From Octopus bimaculoides (taxonomy: Eukaryota): a stretch of DNA of 64,000 nt. Position numbers and translations under genes: made by a program. Below, in pieces: positions 39,731-51,619 of this stretch. Numbering within the stretch: the stretch's first letter is position 1; each line of letters starts with the position of its first letter. Under the pieces are notes generated by a model. The model was not told where the DNA came from and did not search any database. It saw nothing but the letters and a program-made list of their open reading frames with translations. Location: assembly GCF_001194135.2 (NCBI RefSeq), contig NC_069000.1:47754139-47818138 (forward strand), in the 5' to 3' direction.

Positions 39731-40118
39731 TGAATGTTCTTTGGAATCTAACAAGGTTTGGTAGCAGAATTGTATAGTAGTAGGAGTTCTGAGTTCACAT
39801 ATCTAAAAACTGCAGAAAGTCTGCAGCTGGCGAAGATAAACAGTTGATACTACATTTTAATTTCTCTCCTCCCAATTTCACACATCATATATTGATTAAT
39901 ATTAACAATATACATAATACATATATATATATATATATATACATAGCAATAAGAAAATGGAGGGGAGTAGGTGGTATTCATCAACTTGCAGACATTGTAT
40001 TGTGTCAATTTACCTGTTTATTTGTTTACTAAAAGGACAATAATAACAATATACAAATACATGCGACATATGTCATATCAGTAATTAAAAAAGGACATCT
40101 AGTGACAGAAAATGGGAT

Positions 40119-40239
40119 AATGACTTACAGCTGTTTCAGTCTAGGGGTGACATGCCTCATTCGATCTATATAACTCTAAAGTAATTAATAGGTGAAATAG
40201 AGGTACACGGAGGATTCTCTAGGCCTCTTCAGAGATTTT
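40119..40239 (-). ncRNA. Second hammerhead-like motif with 88-nt stem II insert, degenerate
   Basis: Minus strand CUGAAGA (40232-26), GGCCUAG...CUAGACU, then GAAAC-AGCU-GUA (40137-26); stem I only 2 bp plus mismatches. Confidence 0.45.
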
Positions 40240-40732
40240 ATAAAATTCATAAGGTTAATTTGAAATATCCAAATATAAAAATATAAAACCATAAAAAAAC
40301 TCACATATATATGCATACTTTAACATATATAGATATATATAAATAAACATAAATACATATATGTACATTTAAATGTACATACACAAAAGTCTATACATGC
40401 ATACCAATGAGTCAATTATTATTGTTATTATACATGAGGAGAACACATATATATACCCACCCACACATACATACATACACATATGTATACATAAACATTT
40501 CCGTACAGACACGTTCTCTGGTACATATGCATTAGTTGCGTTTGGAATGGAGGACTGGTGCATTGGTTTGTATGCTTATATTTCCAACAAAATGTCCGAA
40601 TCTCTATTTTTTTTTGACATCAGAAACCTATGGGGTTAGGGTTAGGGTCAGTTATGTTTGTAATGGAGCGGCAGTATATTGGATAGATATTATCCCTTAG
40701 TGGGTTGGATCCACAACCCCTAACTTTCTTGG

Positions 40733-40791
<59 letters not shown>

Positions 40792-40888
40792 TGTATGTAT
40801 ATATGTATGTATACAAATATAATATATATATGTATATACATATAATACATATGTATATAAATACAATACATATGTGTATGTATGTATG

Positions 40889-40927
<39 letters not shown>

Positions 40928-41124
40928 ATATTTAATTGATAAATTAATTTATATCCATTGAACCTCTCCATTTTCAAACTTATTAATTATATACATATAT
41001 TCAATAAGCAAATAAGTAACAAGGATGTTCAGGTATAAGTGTACATTACGACAGGTTCAGGTGGTTTCATTTAATTATCTATGCAAACATTACATCAATT
41101 TGTAATACACTGCCTTTCTCAGTG

Positions 41125-41315
41125 TCATGCAAACGGTACCTGTGCTGGTGGCATGTAAAAGCATACATTACACTCACAGAGAGGTTGGTGCTAGGAAGGG
41201 TATTCAACCATAGAAAACTATGCCAAATCAGATTGGAGTCCGGTGCAGCCTTCCAGAGTGCCAGCCTTGGTCAAAACCGTCAAACCCATACCAGCATGAA
41301 CAATGGATGTTAGAT
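41125..41315 (+). mobile_element. SINE/LINE-tail repeat ending in (GAT)n
   Basis: Family tail gtcaaa.cgtc..acccatgccagcatgga...ggacgttaaacgatgatg also seen at about 35510-35585, 42870-43080 (minus), 54155-54203, 56320-56390 and 60830-60965. Confidence 0.75.
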
Positions 41316-41332
41316 GATGATAGAATATATAC

Positions 41333-41573
41333 CAGGGGTGTAGCCAGTTCACTTATGCATACCTTTTCCTTCTTTGGACACAAAACCCTGCTTGCAAAGA
41401 CCTGTTGAGGCAAGTGAAATCAAAATCGAAATTGAATTCGAAATCAAACCAAATTCGATGACTGACACCCATGCCAACCTTCCTTCATTGGACACTAAAC
41501 TCTGCTTGTGAAGAATTGTTGGGGCAAGTGAAATCGGAATTGAAATTGAACCAAATTCGATGACTGGCACCCG
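41333..41573 (+). mobile_element. RTE 3' UTR/tail with tandemly duplicated terminal unit
   Basis: 41333-41380 matches the reverse complement of 38312-38360; an approx. 110-bp unit ending in (GAAATY)n occurs twice. Confidence 0.75.
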
Positions 41574-41685
41574 TATATATATATNNNNNNNNNNNNNNNN
41601 NNNNNNNNNNNNNNNNNNNNNNNNNNNNNNNNNNNNNNNNNNNNNNNNNNNNNNNNNNNTATATATTCTTTTATTCTTTTATTTG

Positions 41686-41875
41686 TTTGAGTCACTTGAC
41701 TGTGGGCATGCTGGAGTGCTGCCTTTTTGTCAAAGAAACTGACCCTTGGACTTATTCTTTGTAAGCCTGGTACTTATTCTATTGGTCGCTTTTGCTGAAT
41801 CACTAAGTTATGGGGATGTAAACACACCAACACCAGTTGTCAAGCAATGATGGAAGGACAAACACAGACACAAAT
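41686..41875 (-). mobile_element. SINE 3' portion
   Basis: Homologous to about 57410-57600, 19880-20010 and 2360-2460 (gtcatt.gactg.g.ccatgctgg.gca..gcctt...tggtacttattct). Confidence 0.7.
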
Positions 41876-41896
41876 ATACACACACACACATATGTG

Positions 41897-41957
<61 letters not shown>

Positions 41958-41984
41958 CAGTATATATTCTTTTGGTTTCTATCT

Positions 41985-42122
41985 ACCAAATCCACTCACA
42001 AGGCTTTGATTGGCCCAATGCTGTAGTACAAGTCACTTGTCCAAGGTGCTTTGCAGTAGAACTGAACCTGGAACCATATGGTTGGGAAGCAAGCTTCTTA
42101 CTACACAATTATGCCAGCACCT
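41985..42122 (-). mobile_element. tRNA-derived SINE
   Basis: Reverse complement of the 37810 family (aagcttgcttcccaaccatatggttccaggttcagttc...gcaccttggacaagtg). Confidence 0.8.
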
Positions 42123-42209
42123 ATATATATACATATATATATGCAATTGACAGTTATGTGAATAAATTTTTCTTGCTGTATTCAAACTCTCCATTTTCTC
42201 TATATTATA

Positions 42210-42253
<44 letters not shown>

Positions 42254-42413
42254 GCATACATATAAATATATACATATATTCATACACACACACATATAAA
42301 TATATATATACATACATGTATTCATACACACAGATATATACAGATATACATACACACACACACACATATACATACACAACACACACACACACATGTACAT
42401 GTATACATACATA

Positions 42414-42855
42414 CAAGGTGGTACCAAAAGGTTTTCGGACTAGTTATGTTTAATAAAAAATAACTTATTTACCTGAGTTTTAACATCATCTCCTTCAAAA
42501 TAGTCACCTTTTTGCACTAATACACCGACCCCAGCATTCCTGTCACATTTGGAATCTGGCCTGGAAGTTGTTTCTTGTAAGCGAGTCAAGTGCCTTCTGC
42601 AATTTGCTCTGCATCTTGACAACGGAGTTGAAACAGAGATCTTTGAGCTGCATTTTCAACTCAGGGAAACGGGGCAGATTTGAGTGCAGAAGAGATACCA
42701 TGTTGTTTTGGATGAGAAAGTCATGAGTGAAGGATCCAATTCTTCACCAAAGCTCTTCAGATCCGGTTGCTTTCACTGACTGTCCTGCCTCAGATGCTTG
42801 TGGTAGAGCTCTCAATTGATGGTCTGGTCCTGGGGGACACATTTAGGAAGAGGGC
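42414..42855 (-). mobile_element. Mariner DNA transposon 3' remnant with TIR
   Basis: TA then CAAGGTGGTACCAAAAGGTTTTCGGACT terminus; minus-strand VPQDQTIN..., ECWGRCISA.GDYFEGD typical of mariner transposase C-terminus; YSPDL region deleted. Confidence 0.85.
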
Positions 42856-43414
42856 ATGCTGATGAATGAATCATCACCATCATCATTTAATGTCTGCTTT
42901 CCATGCTGGCCTGGGCTGGACGGTTTGACAGGAACTGTCCAGACCCCAATTGTCAGTTGTGGCACAGTTTCTATGGCTGGGTGCTCTTTGTAACACCAAC
43001 CAGTTCACAAGGTGTGTTGGATGCTTTTTACATGCCACTGTCACAGATGCATTTACTACACAGCACCAGCACAAGTACATTTTATGTGGCTTTGGTACCT
43101 GTAAAGTACTACAAGCCTTTAAGTAAGGATGACAGTAATTTTACATAGCTTTACATGTCTTCTCAAGTACAGCAAATCACTACAGCTCCCACTCCCTTGT
43201 CATTTCCTCAGTGAGGCTCAGCATCTTCCCAATGTCCAAAATCAACTTTCCAATATTTGGCATAGCTCTATCAAACCATGTCCCATTTTTTTTTTTAATT
43301 CTAGAACTGAAACAAGCTGCTTGCATTTTGTGAAAGAATTATGTATAATTCTTGTACACTCTACACTGAATTGCCTTTATCTAATCTTTTAGTTACTTGG
43401 TGTGTGCATATGTG

Positions 43415-43445
<31 letters not shown>

Positions 43446-43777
43446 TTGTGAGCTCAAACATTCATTTAAAGCATCTTTCCTTAAGTTTTTATCCAAGATT
43501 CAATGATAAACAATATCATTTACACACACACACATCCTCTCTGGTGATAAACTACTTTATCAGCAATACATTCAATGATAAATCACATCCTTAGTTTCTC
43601 CCTTTTCAGCAAAACACCAACTTGCCAAAATATCATAAACTAAGGTTTTATCCTTAAATAGAAATTCTTCAAAGGAACCAACATTTCTACAGAGGTGATG
43701 ATGTCACCTCTTTAGAAAGTTTCATCTCATCCTTTCTCTCATTTTCTTTGTAATTTACCACATACTTTGTATACTTT

Positions 43778-43817
<40 letters not shown>

Positions 43818-44346
43818 AAAGCATCATTTCATTTACAAGGTGGACAATAGCCACTATATAGCTACTTCTGCTTAAATCTTCCTTAATTTGCTTCTATCAT
43901 AACTAGTTTCCATTATCAACCTGTGTGTATCTATTAACACCAACACTGATAGTCTGTATCTTATTTTTTATCAGAGATTTTCTTCAAAATAGAACAGAAG
44001 GAATGAAATTTAAAAAAAATTGAGAATTCAATTAATTTATTTTGAAAATAAAGCAAAGAAAAATTTTCAGTAAATTTTATGAAATAAAAAAATAGTTAAA
44101 TATTATCATTGCTTAGTTCACAGATAAAGTTTTAAGAAGAATAAAACTAGTTGCAGTTTATTCTTAGATCAGTCCTGACCACACGCACTGACCATTAAAA
44201 GTATCCACCCATGGCAATCTTGTCTTTTTATAGATATATCTTACTAAAGGTACATTATCTATTCTGTCTTAATTTGGTAAGGTAATAGGGTGTGATTTGA
44301 GGGAGATTTTGTTGCTATTTCTTACAAGTCAAGAAACTGTGTAGAA

Positions 44347-44494
44347 TAGGCATGGGCAACCTTTTTCGAGAAGTGGGTCGTGTGAGACATGGCACATCAT
44401 CAGATGGGTCACATTGCTAAACATAACAAAGGTTATTTTTTCCTTCGGTGTGCCATTGACTACATATGTCCTACAGGTCATAAGTTGTCCATAA
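44347..44494. mobile_element. hAT-like MITE, degenerate
   Basis: TAGGCATGGGCAACC left end and gttgtccata right end resemble Charlie-type TIRs; no clean TSD seen. Confidence 0.5.
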
Positions 44495-45915
44495 TAGGTG
44501 TATAGGTTTCTTTCTTAATTTGACATAAAACCAGTAAAAGCGCATGCAATGGGTGGGTAGAGGAAATTAAACCCCACCTCAATACTTATTGGTTATAGAT
44601 TAAAATTGATCATTATAATCACTTGGAAGTAAAATCAGCAACCAAAGAAGATTCAGTTCACAGCCTGCCAGTGTGAACTTTTCATAAGTTTTCTGACCAT
44701 TGTCACATCACAAGATTTGGTTTTGAGTTGAAATCCTCTCACCTGAAATAACTTCTACATATTTTAAAACTTATTACAATCAAATTGCACTTACAGGAAG
44801 CTCTCTCTCTCTCTCACACACACACACACGCGTATGCGAATGTATTTGAATGTGCCCTTTTCTCCAAAACAAAGAAATAAATAAAGGAAGCATTTGATGG
44901 GGGTGGATATTGAAGAAACATTTCCACCTTTATATGTGCCATGCCCTTTCTTTGCCTTTCTTCCACATCCACCCATCCACACATAGCATACCTACCTACA
45001 TACCTACATACATTACATGCATCAATTTTATTCGGGTTTAACCTTGGAGTTTATACATACATACATACATATATACATACATAATACACACACATATGCA
45101 TGCATGTATACATACACACAAAAACGCATGCATATATACATACATGCGCACATACATAAATACGCACACACCCACACAGTGTTTGTGTAAAACATTCATG
45201 AGAATGAGAAACTCTGCTGACCCTGCAACACAATGCACACTTTTACTAGTAAAGTTTCTTTTTTGTTTTTTTAAGATACAGGAAGATAGAGAAAATCGTT
45301 GCAGGACAAGGAAGGGAAAAAATTAGTTTTTATTTAGAAATAAAATCGACGTCTATGGGCGTGACCCATCCGTTGACGTTTGTAGAGAAAAAACTGGGAA
45401 ATAAACAAGTAAAACTTTGCCCCGATTTAAGAGAAAAGAAGGGAATGCGTTGTCATGTTGATGCCTTGACTGATGTTTATAAGCGGATTGCATGAATTGG
45501 TTGAAAGCGGAAAGAAGGAAGAACCACACAAGTGAAACCGGTTCAGCGACTGAGAAAGTGTAAAGAGAAGGAAATATATAAACAATAATAGTTTGTAAAG
45601 GTTGAAGTCAACAGATGTAGTGTGAACTGGTGGCGTTGATTATTTCTTGGTAATTGAGATTATTAAAAGAAAGAGAGAAAAATGATTTTTCAGTGAAGAA
45701 GGAGAATCTGTCCGCAAACTGGCGACAAAACAACAATATCGATCGGTAAAGGGCAGATCGATAGCCAAGAGCTTAATCGGGATTTTTTAAAATTTTATAT
45801 CAATCCTGGAAGGATTACAAAAAGGGAAATTGTTTTCAAAGAAAATTTAAACTCTTCAAACAAAAGCAATAAAAATAATGAAACAAAAGTAAAAAGGGTT
45901 TTGTTTTGTACTCAC

Positions 45916-46450
45916 CCCTAATNNNNNNNNNNNNNNNNNNNNNNNNNNNNNNNNNNNNNNNNNNNNNNNNNNNNNNNNNNNNNNNNNNNNNNNNNNNNNN
46001 NNNNNNNNNNNNNNNNNNNNNNNNNNNNNNNNNNNNNNNNNNNNNNNNNNNNNNNNNNNNNNNNNNNNNNNNNNNNNNNNNNNNNNNNNNNNNNNNNNNN
46101 NNNNNNNNNNNNNNNNNNNNNNNNNNNNNNNNNNNNNNNNNNNNNNNNNNNNNNNNNNNNNNNNNNNNNNNNNNNNNNNNNNNNNNNNNNNNNNNNNNNN
46201 NNNNNNNNNNNNNNNNNNNNNNNNNNNNNNNNNNNNNGTTGGCAGGGATTTTTAAAGGGCCGTGGAAATGGAAGAATGCATTGACCAGCAGAATTATTGC
46301 GACAGCCCATCCTAACCAAGCCAGTAGTAAAATATCGAGTAAATAATTCTGCCAAGTCAGATTGGCGTACATGGAACCTGCTACCTCCGCCATTTTGCCG
46401 TATGTCTCGCCCAAACGGTAAACTATCAAACGGATTGTTAGATCTGCCAT
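45916..46450 (-). CDS. First coding exon of a host membrane-anchored protein (tentatively C2CD2/C2CD2L(TMEM24)-like lipid-transfer protein); middle hidden by N-gap 45923-46237
   Basis: MADLTIRLIVYRLGETYGKMAEVAGSMYANLTWQNYLLDILLLAWLGWAVAIILLVNAFFHFHGPLKIPAN: non-repetitive, ctgATGG start context, about 25-aa hydrophobic helix; after the gap ATTAGGG|GTGAGT donor at 45915. Locally CpG-richer. Family identity is from recollection only. Confidence 0.7.
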
Positions 46451-46950
46451 CAGTTAACCAATAGTCGGGCATTTCAGGTAAGCTGATACTCTTTTCGCTA
46501 AAGATAATTCCGCCCTTCTTAACACCCATACACAGAGCTTTGCCACCAGATTTACATGTTCACCATTCCAACAATACATCCCCCATTGCCACCACTGTCT
46601 GCCTGCTGCTTTCTTCGCCGAGCTACCATCACCCCTCCCTCTAGAACTCTTTACCTTTCCAGCTATATCTCTCCCTCTATATCTCTCACTCTTTCACCCA
46701 CTCTCGCTTGTCTTTCTATCTTTCACTTACCACTCTCTCTCTCTCTCTTGCACATAGACTCACACACTCTCTCTCTCTTGCACATAGACTCACACACTCT
46801 CTCTCTTTTTCTCTACCACACAAACTATTACTCTATCTATTTTCACCCGCAGTTGTCAATGAACGCTAACTGTGGCTGTGAAAAACCTGCCATCACCGCC
46901 AACACTTTTACTACAAAACAGCAAAGCGTGTCACGTCATATGTCACATCG

Positions 46951-46981
<31 letters not shown>

Positions 46982-47010
46982 GATACATATGTATGTATGT
47001 ATGTATGTTT

Positions 47011-47061
<51 letters not shown>

Positions 47062-47065
47062 CGAA

Positions 47066-47178
47066 CGTAGTTTAAGGTTCAGTCCAACTGCACAGCATTT
47101 TGGGCAAGAGTCTTCTACCTCAGCTCCAGACTGACCAATGTCTTCTAACTGAATTTAATAGACGGAAACTGCGAAGAA
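47066..47178 (+). mobile_element. tRNA-derived SINE fragment
   Basis: ggttcagtccaactg..cagcattttgggcaagagtcttctac...gacggaaactg.gaagaagcc; same family as 37810. Confidence 0.65.
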
Positions 47179-47188
47179 GCCGGTTGTA

Positions 47189-47231
<43 letters not shown>

Positions 47232-47264
47232 TTGTATGTATGTATGTTTATATATACATAAACA

Positions 47265-47337
<73 letters not shown>

Positions 47338-47583
47338 GAAATATATTCATATATTACTAATCATACTTATATAATTTAGAGCTAATGAATATTGCTGGCT
47401 TATGTTGATTTTTTTCTTTAAAAACCACTGCTTTGATATTAAAAGGAAAGTAACATCATATTTTATTGATATATTTTGGAGGTATCTAGCGACATTTTGT
47501 TTTGTGACTTTCTACGAAAGTAACTTGTTTCTACTGCTTAACCATTTCTCCATTTCTGTCATGTTGCAGACGACAGTTTGTCA

Positions 47584-47593
47584 GTGACGTCAC
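47584..47593. promoter_or_regulatory. Palindromic CRE/ATF-type site
   Basis: GTGACGTCAC about 1.1 kb upstream of the candidate ATG; a CRE variant TCACGTCA lies at 46931-46938. Confidence 0.3.
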
Positions 47594-48497
47594 AGTGTAG
47601 ATAGATAGAAAGGGCGACAGGGGGAGGAAAGGAAGAAGATAAGACAAAAGAAAGAGAGGGTGAGTGGGAAAAGAGAATGAGAGGAGAGAGAAAAAGAAAG
47701 AAAGAGGAGGAAGAGGGAGAGAAGAAGAAACAAGGGAGAAAGAGAGAAGACAAAGAACGAAGTTGGATGAAGTGAATGGGTGAGAGAGTATGAGAAAGGA
47801 CACCACACAAAATAGAAGATAAAAGGTTGATAGATAGAGAGAGAGAAGGTAGAGAAACGGGGAGATGGAGAGAGTGAGGTAGATATAGGGGGAGTGCGAA
47901 AAGGAAAAGCTACAGGCGGGAAAAAGCGAAGCAATGAGTGAGAGAGACTAGAAAAAAAAGAGAGAGAGAAAGAAAGAAAGAAAGAAAATGACATTATGTG
48001 AACGTATATGTGTGCGTGTACGTGTCTCTATGAGTGATGTGTGTGTGTGTGTGTGATCGGTGTGCGTGTATGTTTGTGTGCTCGTTTGTCAACAAGAAAC
48101 ATGTTCAGCTAATTGAGTCCAAGGTTGATGTACTAAATGACGTCTATAAAAACTGTTAATTAATTACTGAATGACATAAACACTGTTATTAAATTCAAAA
48201 TATATCATTAGCGGGGTAAGGGTTTCAGAAATATGAAACGACGACATTGACCTTAAATATCCAACCTTCACCTTGATAGAGAGGGAAGGAAGAGGTGTTT
48301 AAGTGGGTGGGGGCAGAGATTTCCCTTCCCGCTCTTAGTAGTAGTAACTATTATTGTTCTTGAGATGGTGTGGGGACGACTTGTCTTTCTGTTAAAAGAT
48401 AATGAATAAATTTCTGAACACACACACACACACATTGTGTATTAGAATATAACTACATAAATATCGATACCCGACGCGAGTACACACTCTCCCAGTA

Positions 48498-49020
48498 TGA
48501 GGGTAGGCTGAATAGTTCATAGGCTGACTGTGGAGTGATGCTTGAGCTGTGAAATCTTGCATGCATTAATTTCAACCCTTTTTATCGATAACTGCATTGT
48601 CGTTTCTTTCCAGGTAAACTGACATCTACCTGTTCATCGAAGACTTTAAAAAATAACTAGTAGCGAATTCTCTTGAAAATGAACAAAATTTGGCATCGTG
48701 GTATTATCAAGTACCTGCAGTAAAAGAGTTTTGACCCCAACTACATTTACGCTGATATGCTTGCTGCAATAGAAGAGACTTCAGCTTTATCATCAAGGCA
48801 AAAGTAAACAGTTGAGCTTATGAGGAGAGTAGAAAGTCTTAATGATGGCCCAATGTCTGGACATCGTGCAACTGCCACCACCGAGGAAAACATTGATCGT
48901 GTTCACTACATAGTGATGCAAGACAAGCGATTGAGTATAAATCAATGCTTTTAGCATATCCCGTGAAACAGTTGAGAATATTCTGCACCATGAACTTAGC
49001 ATAAAGGATTTGACTCGGCG
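48498..49020 (+). mobile_element. Mariner DNA transposon 5' remnant
   Basis: TA+TGAGGGTAGGCTGAATAGTTCATAGGCTGAC TIR-like end; MNKIWHRGIIKYLQ...SLNDGPMSGHRATATTEENIDRVHYIVMQDKRLSINQ matches the mariner N-terminal HTH region. Confidence 0.85.
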
Positions 49021-50479
49021 AGTAATTATTTAACTGCATGTGATTTATAAACAAAAAATATACTTCTTTCATTCGGTTTGTGATAATGTGGATGAGATGG
49101 GCTCAACTTTTGACGACACATAAACTTAAATAGGATAACTGTATATATATNNNNNNNNNNNNNNNNNNNNNNNNNNNNNNNNNNNNNNNNNNNNNNNNNN
49201 NNNNNNNNNNNNNNNNNNNNNNNNNNNNNNNNNNNNNNNNNNNNNNNNNNNNNNNNNNNNNNNNNNNNNNNNNNNNNNNNNNNNNNNNNNNNNNNNNNNN
49301 NNNNNNNNNNNNNNNNNNNNNNNNNNNNNNNNNNNNNNNNNNNNNNNNNNNNNNNNNNNNNNNNNNNNNNNNNNNNNNNNNNNNNNNNNNNNNNNNNNNN
49401 NNNNNNNNNNNNNNNNNNNNNNNNNNNNNNNNNNNNNNNNNNNNNNNNNNNNNNNNNNNNNNNNNNNNNNNNNNNNNNNNNNNNNNNNNNNNNNNNNNNN
49501 NNNNNNNNNNNNNNNNNNNNNNNNNNNNNNNNNNNNNNNNNNNNNNNNNNNNNNNNNNNNNNNNNNNNNNNNNNNNNNNNNNNNNNNNNNNNNNNNNNNN
49601 NNNNNNNNNNNNNNNNNNNNNNNNNNNNNNNNNNNNNNNNNNNNNNNNNNNNNNNNNNNNNNNNNNNNNNNNNNNNNNNNNNNNNNNNNNNNNNNNNNTA
49701 TATATATATACATACACACACACACACACATTTCTCAACCTCCAATTACAACTGTAATTTTAATGTTTGTTTCGCTATGCTTGCACAATGACCGGGTTTC
49801 ATTAAAAAGTGCGCGTGGCCATGTGTCGCAGGTCTCCTCTGTCAATGCCTAGAGGAATATAGTTTTAGTGAGGAGTCGAACATGAATCCAGTTTTCTTGT
49901 TTGTGTTGTGTTAAGCTGCGTGTAAGTTGGTGTGACAAATAACATTCAGTCAAAGTTTAATTAACAAGTTTTTATAAAACTGTGCTTTTACAAAAAGTGC
50001 AGGTGAAATAGTAAAAGGTGTATCAAACGTGGTTGTTTCATAGCTAGTGAAAATTAGTTGGTCGGTAGTTGGCTGGAGAATAAGCCAGTTGGCATTAATG
50101 GTTAAGGTTCATCTTATGTAATTCGTGCTGGAACAGAAGAGAGTAGGGAATGCACCAGCTACATAATGAAGTAGCTGGAATGGCTAAGAGCAAAGGGAGC
50201 CAACCACTCCAAGAGCCAGGAGTCGAGAGGTCAGTGCAGTGAAAGTCGCGCCGAATAAGAGAGACTAAATGTCCGTCTAGAGTTTATATATCTTTCCAGC
50301 GGAAATGCTATGTCGCAAAGACTGCTGAGAGTACAGTACCATCAAAGCGCCAACTACCGACAACAGAATGAGAGGACGTAACTCTGCTCTGTTCCTTTTA
50401 TTATTATTTAGTCATAATAATGATTGCTACATGGTAAACAGATTCTCTATGACTAGTAAACAGGTGGTAGACCTTCTCT

Positions 50480-51180
50480 CTCACTTGCATTTTCCTCATA
50501 CAACAGTTTTTCGAAATGCACTTCTCTCCAACGACGTCTCAACTTTCTCTAGCTTTGCAATCTGAAACAGCACTTTGTATTTAATCATCCTTACGTTGTA
50601 GAACACGCAGGAACTTTTCAATTTCGACTTTTCCAGATATAGATCCAATGTGTTGCCCTTCTTCTAGCAGCTTTATATTACTCTTAATTGCTTCTTATAT
50701 TCTAGTCTTTTCAAACCTTATTTTGAGCTTTGACGGCTGTCCCCAGAACTATTTCATCACTAAATTACCCACTTTCTTACTACCTTTTACCAGACACAGA
50801 TCCGGTTAGCAGCTCTCAGCAACTTGTCACCTAGTTGTCCTCTATACTGTAAGTCTCCATTTCGTCCTTTCTTTTGTCGTCAACGTTTATGAGAATATCT
50901 CTGAATCTGCGATCGACTGAGGATTCTTTAAATTTCCATATCCTCATTTTCCAGATATACTTTTGTCTTGGAGTCCGTTATCTCTTAATCCGAAGTCAAT
51001 CGTCACTGTTTTATGTTGGTTAGTACATTCTTAACTAGGAAAACACTCGGGTTCACAACCAGCTTGCTTATTCCGTTTCTTGGTGAAGATAAAATCTGCC
51101 TGATCAGTATCGTCATCTGACTGGTAGGCCATCATCTGGTTAGCTTTCCTCTTCATCATTCTACACCCCTATCATCTCTG
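50480..51180 (-). mobile_element. Degenerate RTE LINE (end of APE endonuclease + linker)
   Basis: DFIFTKKRNKQAVVNPSVFPS*ECTNQHKTVTIDF resembles the RTE APE C-terminus; heavily mutated. Confidence 0.55.
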
Positions 51181-51619
51181 TACTCCAAACAGAGATGACA
51201 TCATGGTATTGTGTAATAACTACCTCAAACGTTCAAGCTGTGATAATGAAGCCGCCATCATTTATCATTGTTTAGAGAGTCGATAAGAGGGGCCCCTCAA
51301 ATAGATCCTTCAGTTTATTAGTCAGCCCTTGATGGATGTGGAGATAACTGTCGATGTTGTTTTGGTCTATGACTAATCTGAGATTAATTATTCTCTGCAT
51401 GCACGCACGCGCGCACACACATGATACATACATACATGCGTGCATGCATACATGCACACATATATACATAGACATACATACAAACATACACATGTATACA
51501 TACATATATACATGCGCATACATGCCTACCCACATATGTACATACATAACATAACCACATACATACACACACATGTATTGTACATACACACTACGTACGT
51601 ATAGCCATACGCACTGCCG

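Noticed and set aside
46556-47134. 192-aa plus-strand ORF
   Set aside because: It is low-complexity CT/GT-derived sequence that runs into a SINE.
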